Assembly (NCBI GenBank): GCA_040379745.1
Contig: JBEIKL010000002.1
Span: 1 to 44,763 of the forward strand
From: Bdellovibrionales bacterium
GTDB lineage: Bacteria > Bdellovibrionota > UBA1018 > CAIMNF01
Direction of reading: 5' to 3'
DNA length: 44,763 bases
Shown: in pieces, positions 15,806 to 25,414 of the stretch
Numbering within the stretch: position 1 is the stretch's first letter
Layout: every line of letters starts with the position of its first letter
Program-made: the position numbers and the translations under genes
Notes under the pieces: model-generated
Told to the model about the DNA's origin: nothing
The model's input: only the letters and a program-made list of their open reading frames with translations
Database searches by the model: none

Positions 15806-18022
15806 TCAGAACTCAAAAAGGAATCCGGCGTAAAGCCCGGCGCGTTTGAACATCACTTTGGTCTGGAAGGAATCCAGTTTCAGGTATTCGAGAAAAAAAT
15901 AGGTGTGTTGGATTCCGTCTGCCAAATAGGCATCTCTCGAGGTTTTTTGATCCAGAAAATCGAGCAACAATGAAGCACCGAGACTGGCCTGGTAGACGAA
16001 AGTATAACCACTTTTGTCCTTGGATTCGTCATCGCGCGTTTCAGAGTAGAGAATCGCTCCCGCTCCCCCGGAGACGTATGGCCTCACCAATCGAAGCAAG
16101 TTGAAACGGTAGACTCCGCTCACCACCAACGGAACCTGGAAGAAACTGAAATTGGTCCGCGATTCTCTCGAGTTCCCGGTACCATAACCGAACTGGAGTC
16201 GACCTTTGCCACTGGAGTAGGCAACACCGGAATCGATTCCCAGTCCGATGCTCCCGAAGTTTTCAGAATGGAACAACTGACGTTCATAATGAAACAGCAT
16301 TTCCGGCTGGTATCCGGTTCCGTAAACATCTCCGAAGGAATTGGTGGCGTTCTCGACCGAGACTTCCATTCCGGTCGAAACTCCGAACTTGAGGCCAGCC
16401 GCATTGACAATATCCGGAGTCTTGCCAAGCCCGAGTTTGGAACTCTTTCCCGCCTTCAACGCCTCGATCGGACTTTCACGCTCTTCCTCTGCGGGAAATT
16501 CTGCTTTTTGTCTGGCGCTGTAATTCAGGGAAGAATCCTGTTCCTCACCGATTTCTTTCTTCACACGCTCGATATAGGAGGTTGAGGATGGATCCTGGGA
16601 TTTAGTGTTGGTTTGAAGCTTCTTTTTTTCAGTTTCGGTGTAGTTAAGACTCGAATCGGAAGCATCTTCACCGATCGTTTTTTTGACTCGATCAATGTAG
16701 GGTTGAGCCACCGTGCCCGTTTTCAGCTCGTCGGCATCGGCGACCTGAAGGGAAATCCAAGCGGCAAGCTCTAACGGAGTCAGCAACTTGAGCGCAATCG
16801 AACGGATGATGGGTTTATCCCATGCCCACTCGGCCAGCGCCGGAGAGTAACGGTAGTACTGCCCGATGAACTGTCTACCCATCTCGAAGCGCGATAGAAT
16901 GCGATCCCGAAACCGTCTTAGCATCATCACCGGCGATGCGCGGCCATCCTGATAGGCAGCAGTGGCGATGAAGCATTTACTTTCTTTCAGTACACCGGTA
17001 ATGCTCTGGGATTTCGCCGTGCACGCTACCGCAGTGGGAGAAATGATCCCGGCCCGATTCTGAAGATAAACATTCAGGGTGTAATCGTTATCCGTTCCAT
17101 CCGTGGTATTGACGAATCCGTTGATCACTTCCGACGAGGAGTTTGCAGGAACATAGGAAACGATCGAGTTCGAGCTCAGACTGGAGGGAGGTGAAACCGC
17201 ACCACGATTTCCCAAAACCAGGTGATACCGGATCTCGGAACCGCTGTTCACGGACGTGGTGAATTTTCCAGGATAATAGACAATCGAGGAATCGCCGGGG
17301 AAATAGTAATCTGTCGGACAACTCGTGGTTCCGGCAATGCTCGGAGGCAAATCCGAAATCTGAAGAGTGAACGTCAGAGGGGTTTCCGCCGTACCCACCA
17401 TTGGTGCAATAGACTTCACGTTCGTACCGAGAATGGCATTATCAACGACCGCGAGATAGACCTTGATGGACTGGGATTTCTTCTGTCCGGAAAGAGTCGA
17501 GGCCGCGGCACAAAGGTCTCCGCTCGTGGAACCTCCACAAAGCTGCGGAATCGAGAAGGAAACACGCAGTGTGTTTCCCTGGCTGAATAGCGCCGCTTTG
17601 GAATCAGAAAAGCAATTTCCGCCAGATGCACATGGAGTGGGAACATCCGTACCACTCGCAATGCTTGCCCCGGTCAGGGTCACTTCCGTATCGGTGGAAA
17701 CATTGACGAGTGAAACACCCAGCACCTTGCCTGAGGAGTTGAAAGTGGCATTGCTACTGATGTCAATCAGGACAAGATCGTTGTTCGTGGTCACCGTTAC
17801 CGTATTGATGATCGGCGAGCGATAGCCCTGAACGGTGTTGATGGTTCCCGAAGAAGGGCTTCCGTTGGCGCTTCCTGCGTAATCGATCACGATTCCGCTA
17901 TCGGTGAATTGATATTGGGGATGAGGCTCCGGTGCATTCACCAGAAGAGCACCGTTTGCGTTCGAGGAAAGGAAAAACAGCGCGGCTAGGAACTCAAACT
18001 TGTTCAGCACCCGTGGCTCCAT
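15806..18022 (-). CDS. large outer-membrane protein: Ser/Thr/Asn-rich Cys-paired N-terminal region, CFIATAAY module, two tandem repeats, C-terminal beta-barrel
   Basis: Signal-like MEPRVLNKFEFLAALFFLSSNANG. KCFIATAAYQDGRASPVMMLRRFRDRILSRFEMGRQFIGQYYRYSPALAEW at about 16750-16975. C-terminal alternating-hydrophobic strands end in GLYAGFLFEF (terminal Phe, typical of OMPs). Overlaps the pssA 3' end by 29 nt. Confidence 0.8.
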   Translation of the reverse strand: MEPRVLNKFEFLAALFFLSSNANGALLVNAPEPHPQYQFTDSGIVIDYAGSANGSPSSGTINTVQGYRSPIINTVTVTTNNDLVLIDISSNATFNSSGKVLGVSLVNVSTDTEVTLTGASIASGTDVPTPCASGGNCFSDSKAALFSQGNTLRVSFSIPQLCGGSTSGDLCAAASTLSGQKKSQSIKVYLAVVDNAILGTNVKSIAPMVGTAETPLTFTLQISDLPPSIAGTTSCPTDYYFPGDSSIVYYPGKFTTSVNSGSEIRYHLVLGNRGAVSPPSSLSSNSIVSYVPANSSSEVINGFVNTTDGTDNDYTLNVYLQNRAGIISPTAVACTAKSQSITGVLKESKCFIATAAYQDGRASPVMMLRRFRDRILSRFEMGRQFIGQYYRYSPALAEWAWDKPIIRSIALKLLTPLELAAWISLQVADADELKTGTVAQPYIDRVKKTIGEDASDSSLNYTETEKKKLQTNTKSQDPSSTSYIERVKKEIGEEQDSSLNYSARQKAEFPAEEERESPIEALKAGKSSKLGLGKTPDIVNAAGLKFGVSTGMEVSVENATNSFGDVYGTGYQPEMLFHYERQLFHSENFGSIGLGIDSGVAYSSGKGRLQFGYGTGNSRESRTNFSFFQVPLVVSGVYRFNLLRLVRPYVSGGAGAILYSETRDDESKDKSGYTFVYQASLGASLLLDFLDQKTSRDAYLADGIQHTYFFLEYLKLDSFQTKVMFKRAGLYAGFLFEF
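16502..16702 (-). repeat. intragenic tandem repeat (two ~35-40-aa units) in the OMP gene
   Basis: PYIDRVKKTIGEDASDSSLNYTETEKKKL versus SYIERVKKEIGEEQDSSLNYSARQKAEF. Confidence 0.6.
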
Positions 18023-18758
18023 TGTTTTGTTTTTTGTCCCGAATCAGACAAACGTATGCGGACCAAAGCAATCCGAGAAGAAGATAGGAAATCCCCGTTG
18101 TGAATAAGGTGATTTCCGGAATCTGAATCACGCTCAGGATGAAAACCACCGGAATCAGCAGGATCCACGCTTTCCCTTTGGATCTCCAATTCACTTCCTT
18201 GAAGGAAGGGAATGGAATGTTGCTGACCATGAGTAACGCGAGCAACAAGCCCAAAACAGCGAAATAGATGCTACCGAATGATTCTCCGAAAAGAGACATT
18301 TCCAATTGGATCATCACGCTGGAAACGATGATTCCGGCCGATGCAGGCGAAGGCATTCCCTGAAAATACCCTTTGCGGATCTTGCTCAGCTTGGAAGGAT
18401 CTTTTTCTTCCGCACTGACATTGAATCGTGCCAATCGCAAAGCGGCACAGATTGCATAGAATGCGGCAACACTGATGCCGAATCGCCCCAACCCATTCAA
18501 CGAAAGAGAATAAAGCATGATCGCCGGAGCAATACCGAAAGAGGTCAAGTCGGATAGAGAATCATATTGAACACCAAATGCCGAAGTCGCTTTCGCCATG
18601 CGAGCCACGCGACCATCAAGGGAATCGAAAATCGCCGCAACCACGATCAGCCAGGTTGCCTTGACGAAGTCGCCCTGAATGGAATGAATCATCGACAGGA
18701 ACCCGCAAACGAGATTCGCAGTCGTGATCAGATTCGGAAGGATGTAGATTTTTTTCAT
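17994..18758 (-). CDS. pssA: CDP-diacylglycerol--serine O-phosphatidyltransferase
   Basis: CDP-alcohol phosphatidyltransferase motif DSLDGRVARMAKATSAFGVQYDSLSDL in a polytopic membrane protein of typical PssA size. Confidence 0.9.
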   Translation of the reverse strand: MKKIYILPNLITTANLVCGFLSMIHSIQGDFVKATWLIVVAAIFDSLDGRVARMAKATSAFGVQYDSLSDLTSFGIAPAIMLYSLSLNGLGRFGISVAAFYAICAALRLARFNVSAEEKDPSKLSKIRKGYFQGMPSPASAGIIVSSVMIQLEMSLFGESFGSIYFAVLGLLLALLMVSNIPFPSFKEVNWRSKGKAWILLIPVVFILSVIQIPEITLFTTGISYLLLGLLWSAYVCLIRDKKQNNGATGAEQV

Positions 18759-18810
18759 GTCGAGCCCGTTTCTTTCCCCAGTGATTTCAGGCTAGCACAC
18801 GTCTGATGCC

Positions 18811-19650
18811 TTATGCAATTCCGCCCCGGGGCGCTACCGGCGATGCCTTGAGAAGGCCTTTTTTCAATTTCACTTCCGCCTCGGAATCCCTGAGGTAGCG
18901 AGGTCTCATCCGGAGCGGGTCGCGGGTGATTCCCTGCTGAATGGACTCCCAAACCAATGTGGCCAAAGTACGGGGCAATGGCTGATGCAACCCCTGTGCG
19001 ACCAGATCCACCCTGCGTTTTGAAGGGAGAGCCTTGAAGATTTCGGAATATCGCTCCACCGACTGTCCTACGGCGATCCATTCGGACTGTTCATGTTTGG
19101 AAAGATAGGTCTTTGCGCTTTCGATGACTTCTTCTGGAGTCATGGTCATTTCGGTCACACCACGCGCCCAGATTCCGGGCTGGTCACCATCGGCCATCGA
19201 GACACAATCACGAAGCGATTTCACCGGCCCCATCAAGGTGAACCACTCCCCTTTGGTCGCATCGGTGCAAGCAATGAAGAGGGTTTTATCATGCGTTTTT
19301 TCAGGTCCCAGCAGTGGCACCACACCACGAGCCAGAAACGCCAGGCTGGAAACAGGAATGAGATCGATCTTGAGTTGGGTTGCGAGAATCTTCGCTGTAG
19401 TGATGCCGATTCGCAAACCGGTGAACGAACCGGGACCGATTCCGACACCGATTCCGGAAAGATCGGAAAGCTTCCACCCCGCGCTTTTCAGAACGACATC
19501 AATCGTCCACAAAAGACGTTCGGAATGTTTGCCGGTTTCAAAACTGAGCGACCATTCGGAAACCAATCGAAAGCCTTGAGTGGTTTCTTCGAATGCAACG
19601 ACCACCCCGGAAGCGGAGGACGTATCCCATGCGATGTATTTCCTGGACAT
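18811..19650 (-). CDS. tsaB: tRNA t6A37 biosynthesis protein TsaB (YeaZ)
   Basis: IAWDTSSASGVVVAF and GIGVGIGPGSFTGLRIGITTAKILA. Start at ATG 19650 (MSRKYIAWDTS), downstream of the rseP stop. About 50 aa longer at the C-terminus than the ~230-aa proteins I remember. Confidence 0.88.
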   Translation of the reverse strand: MSRKYIAWDTSSASGVVVAFEETTQGFRLVSEWSLSFETGKHSERLLWTIDVVLKSAGWKLSDLSGIGVGIGPGSFTGLRIGITTAKILATQLKIDLIPVSSLAFLARGVVPLLGPEKTHDKTLFIACTDATKGEWFTLMGPVKSLRDCVSMADGDQPGIWARGVTEMTMTPEEVIESAKTYLSKHEQSEWIAVGQSVERYSEIFKALPSKRRVDLVAQGLHQPLPRTLATLVWESIQQGITRDPLRMRPRYLRDSEAEVKLKKGLLKASPVAPRGGIA

Positions 19651-19672
19651 GTGCCTTACCGCCTTTTCCGGA

Positions 19673-21346
19673 TCAATTGAAGATCGGCAAACGGGAAATG
19701 TCATTCTTCATCACGATCAACATGATGCCGAGAATGAAAACCAATCCGACTTGCTGGGCGATTTCCATTTGCTTCAGGCTCAGGGCCTTGCCTCGAATGG
19801 TTTCCAGCCCCAAAAGTACGATGTGACCACCATCGAGTACCGGAATCGGGAGGATATTCAAAACACCGAGACCGATCGAGAGAATCGCCATCATCTTCAG
19901 GAAATCGATCAGACCGCGGGTGATCGAGTCACCGGCGAGCTTGCCGATCAGGATCGGTCCGCCCAATGATTTCACGGAAACTTGGCCCTGAATCATCTTT
20001 CCGATCGAAATGAAATTCTTCGCGGTGAAATCGAGCATGCGTTCCGTACCGAGATAGAGGAGTTTGAACGGATTCAACACCTGCACCACGACGGTGTCCG
20101 GCTCCATCATGGACGGAATCGGTGCCACACCCACGGTGTATTGCTTCATCTTCTTCATCATCGGATCGCGTTCAGTGCTGACCTGCGGAGCGATGTCGAG
20201 AGAAACATTCTTGCCGGCCCGTTCGACGACGATTTGCAAAGTCGATGGAGCATTGGCAATGGTTTCGTCTTTACCCTTTTGGATCGCTTCTCCCGCAGAC
20301 TGGATTTTCAAACGCAATTCGAAGAAGCTGCGGACATTGAAACCGTTCACACTGACGATGCGATCACCCTTCATCACTCCCGCCTTCGCAGCAGGGGAAT
20401 CCGGCATGGTTTGTTCGACGAACAATTCAGAGGAATGCAGCCCGAAATCTTCTGCAAGACTGCCGGAATATTTTCCGGTCAGAGTGGTCTTGTAGGACTC
20501 CTTGGAATTGCGACTCAACTCCAGTTCGACGGTGATCGGCTTCTTGGAAAGCATGTCGACCGGAATGGAGCGATAGGCGGATTCCAGAGCCTCGAAGGTC
20601 GAGGCCTTGACTCCGTTGATGGCAACGATCTCGTCGGAGTTCTTGATTCCAGCTTTTGCAGCGATCGATTCAGGATTGGAAACCGCAACCTTGGTCATGC
20701 GTGCATTCGGCACCAAGCCCTCGATCATACCGACCTTGCGGCTTTCACCGTAAATGCTGAAGCCGTCTTCGGATTGGGTCTGATAGTTGATGTTCGATAC
20801 GGCTCCTGCGCGATCGACTCCGACCACTACGTTCTGATCGGGTTTCTCGTTCAGCACGAGGGCAAGTTCTTCAAACTTGGTCACGGGTGCGCCATCAATG
20901 CTGACGATACGGTCACCGGCAACGAAGCCCGCCTTCTGAGCAGGAGAATCCGCAAGAACGCGGCCGAACTTGGTGGAGATCTGTGGTTCGCCAATGGCCA
21001 TCATGGCCATGAACACCACGATCGCCCAAAGGAAGTTAAAGAGAGGTCCACCGAAAAACACAAAGAATCGCTTCCATGGTTTCTGATGATGAAGAGCACG
21101 TGCCTTTTCTTCGGGAGTCAGTTCGGTCGTCGGGTCCTCACCCAGCAATTTCACGTAACCGCCGAGTGGAATCGCGGAAACGCGGAAATCGGTCTCGCCG
21201 ATCTTGCGCGAAAACAGCACTGGTCCGAATCCGATGGAAAAAGCATCTGCGCGCACATTGAACAGTTTCGCAAACAGGAAATGTCCGAGCTCGTGAATGA
21301 TCACCAGTGGAATGAGTACAAGAATGAACCCTAAAATGGACGCCAT
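19673..21346 (-). CDS. rseP: RIP (site-2) zinc metalloprotease RseP
   Basis: HELGHF at residues 18-23, NILPIPVLDGGH near the C-terminus, and three PDZ-like GD-I-x-I/V-x-G segments in between. Confidence 0.95.
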   Translation of the reverse strand: MASILGFILVLIPLVIIHELGHFLFAKLFNVRADAFSIGFGPVLFSRKIGETDFRVSAIPLGGYVKLLGEDPTTELTPEEKARALHHQKPWKRFFVFFGGPLFNFLWAIVVFMAMMAIGEPQISTKFGRVLADSPAQKAGFVAGDRIVSIDGAPVTKFEELALVLNEKPDQNVVVGVDRAGAVSNINYQTQSEDGFSIYGESRKVGMIEGLVPNARMTKVAVSNPESIAAKAGIKNSDEIVAINGVKASTFEALESAYRSIPVDMLSKKPITVELELSRNSKESYKTTLTGKYSGSLAEDFGLHSSELFVEQTMPDSPAAKAGVMKGDRIVSVNGFNVRSFFELRLKIQSAGEAIQKGKDETIANAPSTLQIVVERAGKNVSLDIAPQVSTERDPMMKKMKQYTVGVAPIPSMMEPDTVVVQVLNPFKLLYLGTERMLDFTAKNFISIGKMIQGQVSVKSLGGPILIGKLAGDSITRGLIDFLKMMAILSIGLGVLNILPIPVLDGGHIVLLGLETIRGKALSLKQMEIAQQVGLVFILGIMLIVMKNDISRLPIFN

Positions 21347-21416
21347 AGTCAGCCTCTTTCTGTGAAATCGATTATCTCAAAAAGTACTGAATATCGCTAC
21401 GAAAACCGACGGTCAC

Positions 21417-22283
21417 TCAGGAAAGAAGCCAAAGAAAGGCGTACATGACCGGAAGCGCGAACACCACCCCGTCAAAACGATCGAGAAATCCGCCGTGTCC
21501 CGGAAGAATCGAACCCGAATCCTTGACGCTTGCTGCACGCTTCATGAGACTTTCGCAAAGATCTCCCAACATGGAGGCAACACTGATGGTCAAAGACATG
21601 ACGCTGATCTCAATGAAACTGACTTCGTTGAGGAATGAATGTGCGAACAACAGTGAAACAATCAGTGCACCGACACTTCCCGCAATCGCACCTTCCCAGG
21701 TTTTCTTGGGACTGATGGTTTCATAGAACAAGCGTTTACCGAAGAACTTGCCCCCGAAATAGGCAAACGTGTCGGCAGACCACACCACGAGCATCGCAAA
21801 GACGAGCCAATACTTGCCTTGGGGCGATTGGCGGATGGAAACCATGAGCATCGGCAACCAAGATGCATAAATCATCCCGAAACTGGCCGCCATGAGTTCA
21901 CGAAAATGGGCAGCGAGTTTTGCGGAGCCCTCTTCCGTGGACAATGCGGCGGATCCTTCGTAATTCAAAAGACGGGGAACCATGAGCAGGAATACCACCA
22001 TTAGGAACAGTGGAGAAAAAAGACCCAAGAACGCCGGACTGAGACCGACCGAAACCCAGTAATTCAGAAAATGCAGGACCGTGTTCAACAAAAGAAGAAT
22101 CATGGTCTTGGTACCGGCATCCGGAAGGCTGAAAAACATGCGGGTGAACTCGTAAAGCATGCCCATGGAAACCAGCCAGGAAAACAGGGCAACGCCCTCG
22201 ATTCCCATTCCAGTCAACAGTACCAGGATGACCGGTACGCCGATCAACGCAGTGATGATTCTTAATTTCAGATTTTGATTCAT
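21417..22283 (-). CDS. cdsA: phosphatidate cytidylyltransferase
   Basis: Signature SLMKRAASVKDSGSILPGHGGFLDRFD in a polytopic membrane protein. Confidence 0.94.
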   Translation of the reverse strand: MNQNLKLRIITALIGVPVILVLLTGMGIEGVALFSWLVSMGMLYEFTRMFFSLPDAGTKTMILLLLNTVLHFLNYWVSVGLSPAFLGLFSPLFLMVVFLLMVPRLLNYEGSAALSTEEGSAKLAAHFRELMAASFGMIYASWLPMLMVSIRQSPQGKYWLVFAMLVVWSADTFAYFGGKFFGKRLFYETISPKKTWEGAIAGSVGALIVSLLFAHSFLNEVSFIEISVMSLTISVASMLGDLCESLMKRAASVKDSGSILPGHGGFLDRFDGVVFALPVMYAFLWLLS

Positions 22284-22285
22284 GG

Positions 22286-22990
22286 TCAGACCGCTCCGAA
22301 TCTTCTTTTCCTGTTTTTGAAATTCTCGAGGGATTTGTGGAATTCTTCAACTGAATAATCCGGCCAGCTCAATTCCGGAAAGTCGAATTCCGCATAAGAC
22401 AACTGCCAAAGCAGGAAGTTACTGATGCGTTTTTCCCCGCTAGTGCGGATCATCAGATCCACATCAGCGAATTCACCCAGTGCATTTGTCCAAAGATAAT
22501 CTTGGAATGTGTGTTCATTCAGGGAGGATGGATCGACTTTTCCCTCTTTACAGTCACGCGCAAAGGATTGGGCCGCCTGGATGATTTCAGCACGACCGCC
22601 GTAGGAAAGCGCAAAGGTCAATACCATGTCTTTGCCATCTTTCAACTCATCCATCGCGCGCTGGAGTTCCGTGCGAACGTCCTGCGGCAGACGCTCCATC
22701 TCGCCGATCACATGAAGACGGATCCCGTTTCTCTTCATGTCCTTGACCTGGCGATGAACATACTTCTTCAATGTCTTCCACAAAACATTCAGCTCCTCTT
22801 CAGGCCGCTTCCAGTTTTCGGTGGAAAAAGCATAAAGGGTCAGCGCACGGACTCCCATTTTGCGGGCTTCACGCACGATTTCCTTCACGCGATTACTGCC
22901 ACGAAGGTGGCCGTAAAAACGAGGATAGCCGCGGGCTTGCGCCCAGCGGCCATTTCCATCCATGATGATGGCAATATGCTTCGGTAACAT
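22286..22990 (-). CDS. uppS: isoprenyl transferase (undecaprenyl-diphosphate synthase)
   Basis: HIAIIMDGNGRWA, TLYAFSTENWKRP and IRTSGEKRISNFLLWQ. Confidence 0.95.
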   Translation of the reverse strand: MLPKHIAIIMDGNGRWAQARGYPRFYGHLRGSNRVKEIVREARKMGVRALTLYAFSTENWKRPEEELNVLWKTLKKYVHRQVKDMKRNGIRLHVIGEMERLPQDVRTELQRAMDELKDGKDMVLTFALSYGGRAEIIQAAQSFARDCKEGKVDPSSLNEHTFQDYLWTNALGEFADVDLMIRTSGEKRISNFLLWQLSYAEFDFPELSWPDYSVEEFHKSLENFKNRKRRFGAV

Positions 22991-23031
22991 ACGTTAATCT
23001 CAAGATTCACGAGTTAGGCCAGTGAAGCATC

Positions 23032-23095
23032 AAAAAAACAACAGGGGCATCTCCCGACTTGAACGTCCACGAAGGAAAACACCCCTGTTTTTTTG
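23032..23095 (-). terminator. terminator-like extended hairpin between frr and uppS
   Basis: AACAGGGG (23040-23047) pairs with CCCCTGTT (23082-23089), flanked by A7 and T7 tracts. The enclosed 34-nt segment is only weakly self-complementary. Confidence 0.4.
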
Positions 23096-23112
23096 AATAC
23101 TTCTCTAACAAA

Positions 23113-23667
23113 CTAAATCGTCATGATCTCTTTTTCTTTGGTCGCGATCACTTTGTCGATCTCGGCAACCTTGTCATCCGTTTTCTTCTGGATCTGTTCC
23201 TGAAGTTTCTTGGATTCGTCTTCGGAAACGGTTTTAGCCTTTTCCTGTTTTTTCACTTCCTCGTTCGCATCACGACGGGAGTTACGGACAGCGATTTTCG
23301 CATCTTCGCCCATTTTCTTGATCATTTTCACCATTTCCTTACGGCGGTCTTCCGTCAGAGGAGGCATGGTGATGCGAACCACTTTACCGTCATTTTGCGG
23401 TGTGAAGCCCACGTTCGCTTCGAGGATCGCTTTCTCGATCGCGCCGAGCATTGCTGGTTCCCATGCGGCGATCTGGATGGTGCGAGCATCCGGAGTGGTC
23501 ATGTTCGCCACTTGGGTGATCGGGGTTTTGGAACCGTAATAATCGACATGAATGTGGTCGATCAGGGCGGTGGAAGCACGACCGGTGCGCACTTTCAGGA
23601 GGTCTTTCTGAAGGGACTGAATGCATTTATCCATTGCTGAGGATGCATCATTGACAATAGTTGACAT
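23113..23667 (-). CDS. frr: ribosome recycling factor
   Basis: 184 aa; typical RRF sequence (LLKVRTGRASTALIDHIHVDYYGSKTPI, PPLTEDRRKEMVK). Confidence 0.96.
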   Translation of the reverse strand: MSTIVNDASSAMDKCIQSLQKDLLKVRTGRASTALIDHIHVDYYGSKTPITQVANMTTPDARTIQIAAWEPAMLGAIEKAILEANVGFTPQNDGKVVRITMPPLTEDRRKEMVKMIKKMGEDAKIAVRNSRRDANEEVKKQEKAKTVSEDESKKLQEQIQKKTDDKVAEIDKVIATKEKEIMTI

Positions 23668-23696
23668 GAGTTTTTCCTTTCTCTTTCTTTCTATTC

Positions 23697-24419
23697 TTAA
23701 TTGGTTTTTTGAACGAGGGTTCCGACGCTTTCGCCCTGAACCACTTTCAACATCGTTCCTTTTTCACGCAGGTTGAACACAATGATCGGCAACTTGTTGT
23801 CCATGCAAAGGGTGATCGCGGTGGTATCCATCACTTTCAATCCTTTTTGCAGAACATCCATGTAAGAAATCTGATCAAAGCGGGTTGCGGTCTTGTCGAG
23901 CTTCGGGTCGGCAGTGTAAATGCCATCCACGCTGGTCCCCTTGATCAAAACGTCGCAATTCATTTCCATCGCACGAAGGGCTGCAGTCGTATCGGTGGTG
24001 AAATAAGGACTTCCGACTCCGGCAGCAAAAATCACGACGCGACCTTTTTCCAGGTGGCGAATGGCCTTTCTGCGGATGTACGGTTCTGCAATCGCACGCA
24101 TTTCGATGGCGGATTGCACCCGGGTGTCGACATTCTTACGCTCGAGGGCATCCTGAAGCGCGATACAGTTCAATACGGTAGCCAACATGCCCATGTAGTC
24201 GGCAGATGCGCGATCCATACCCTTGGTCGCACCCTTTACTCCACGGAAAATGTTACCGCCACCGACCACGATGCAAACTTCGAAACCTGCTTCACGCATC
24301 GCTTTGATCTCGTTGGCAATCACTTCCATGACATCGGTATCAATTCCATAACCGGCTTCGCCGGCCAGTGCCTCGCCAGACAGTTTCAACAGTACTCTTT
24401 TGTATTTTTCACGTTTCAT
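23697..24419 (-). CDS. pyrH: UMP kinase
   Basis: [13 protein letters not shown] and [13 protein letters not shown] 24419 is preceded by GAGG at 7 nt; the longer ORF to 24434 starts with TTG. Confidence 0.95.
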   Translation of the reverse strand: MKREKYKRVLLKLSGEALAGEAGYGIDTDVMEVIANEIKAMREAGFEVCIVVGGGNIFRGVKGATKGMDRASADYMGMLATVLNCIALQDALERKNVDTRVQSAIEMRAIAEPYIRRKAIRHLEKGRVVIFAAGVGSPYFTTDTTAALRAMEMNCDVLIKGTSVDGIYTADPKLDKTATRFDQISYMDVLQKGLKVMDTTAITLCMDNKLPIIVFNLREKGTMLKVVQGESVGTLVQKTN

Positions 24420-24456
24420 TCGCCGCCTCAACAATCACGTTGTTCGTTCGCCGGAC

Positions 24457-24494
24457 ATAAAAAAGGAGCCTTGGCTTTGGACCAAGGCTCCTTG
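24457..24494 (-). terminator. rho-independent terminator after tsf
   Basis: A 12-bp perfect stem, AAGGAGCCTTGG (24463-24474) with CCAAGGCTCCTT (24482-24493). On the minus strand it is followed by TTTTTTAT. Confidence 0.85.
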
Positions 24495-24498
24495 ATTC

Positions 24499-25410
24499 TT
24501 AGTGCTGGGTTTCCTCAGCAGCAACTTCCACGCCTTCACCGAGAACAAGTCTCGCGAAACGGGTGATTGCAACTGTCTCGCCCATCGCCTTACCAGTTTC
24601 GTTCGTCAACGCTTCGACCGTTTTCTTGTCGTCTTTGATGAACTTCTGCTTGATCAGGCAGTTTTCTTCGAAATATTTGTTGATCTTGCCTACCGCGATT
24701 TTCTCGAGAACATCGGCTGGCTTGTTCTGAGTCATCAGTTGAGCCATGGCGATTTCTTTTTCTTTCGCGATCAGATCAGCAGGAATTTCTTCTTGCTTGA
24801 GGAATTGAGGACCGGTTGCAGCGATGTGCATTGCCAAGTCACTCATGAAAGTCGTGAACGACTCTTGAGTCGCTTTCGCGTCGTTGGCCATCGCCACTTC
24901 CACGAGAACGCCCATTTTACCACCCATGTGGATGTAGCTCTTCACTTGCTTGCCGCCACCGATCGGGTAACGGACGAAACGGCGAATGGTGATGTTCTCA
25001 CCGACTTTTGCGATGGTTTCCTTGAGGAAATCATCCATGGTCTTGGAAGTGTCACCGACGTACTTCTGCGCGAGAAGTGCGGTAGCGTTTTCCGGATTCG
25101 CTTTTGCGATGTGAGAAGCAACTTCCTTCACGAAGTTCTTGAAGTTGTCCGTTGCAGCCACGAAGTCGGTTTCGCAGTTCACTTCCACCAATACAGCCGC
25201 GCCTGCAGCTGCATCAACAGAAGAGAATACGGTACCTTCTTTGGCAGTACGTCCCGCTTTTTTGGAAGCGGAAGCGATCCCCTTCTTACGAAGATACTCG
25301 ATCGCTTTTTCAAGGTCCCCACCGTTTTCAGTGAGGGCTTTTTTACATTCCATCATTCCCGCGCCAGTGCGTTCGCGCAGTTTGGATACCTGTTCAGCAG
25401 TGATTTGCAT
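24499..25410 (-). CDS. tsf: elongation factor Ts
   Basis: MQITAEQVSKLRERTGAGMMECKKAL (UBA-like N-terminus) and the remainder typical of EF-Ts. AAGGAG SD in the rpsB 3' end. Confidence 0.96.
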   Translation of the reverse strand: MQITAEQVSKLRERTGAGMMECKKALTENGGDLEKAIEYLRKKGIASASKKAGRTAKEGTVFSSVDAAAGAAVLVEVNCETDFVAATDNFKNFVKEVASHIAKANPENATALLAQKYVGDTSKTMDDFLKETIAKVGENITIRRFVRYPIGGGKQVKSYIHMGGKMGVLVEVAMANDAKATQESFTTFMSDLAMHIAATGPQFLKQEEIPADLIAKEKEIAMAQLMTQNKPADVLEKIAVGKINKYFEENCLIKQKFIKDDKKTVEALTNETGKAMGETVAITRFARLVLGEGVEVAAEETQH

Positions 25411-25414
25411 TGAA

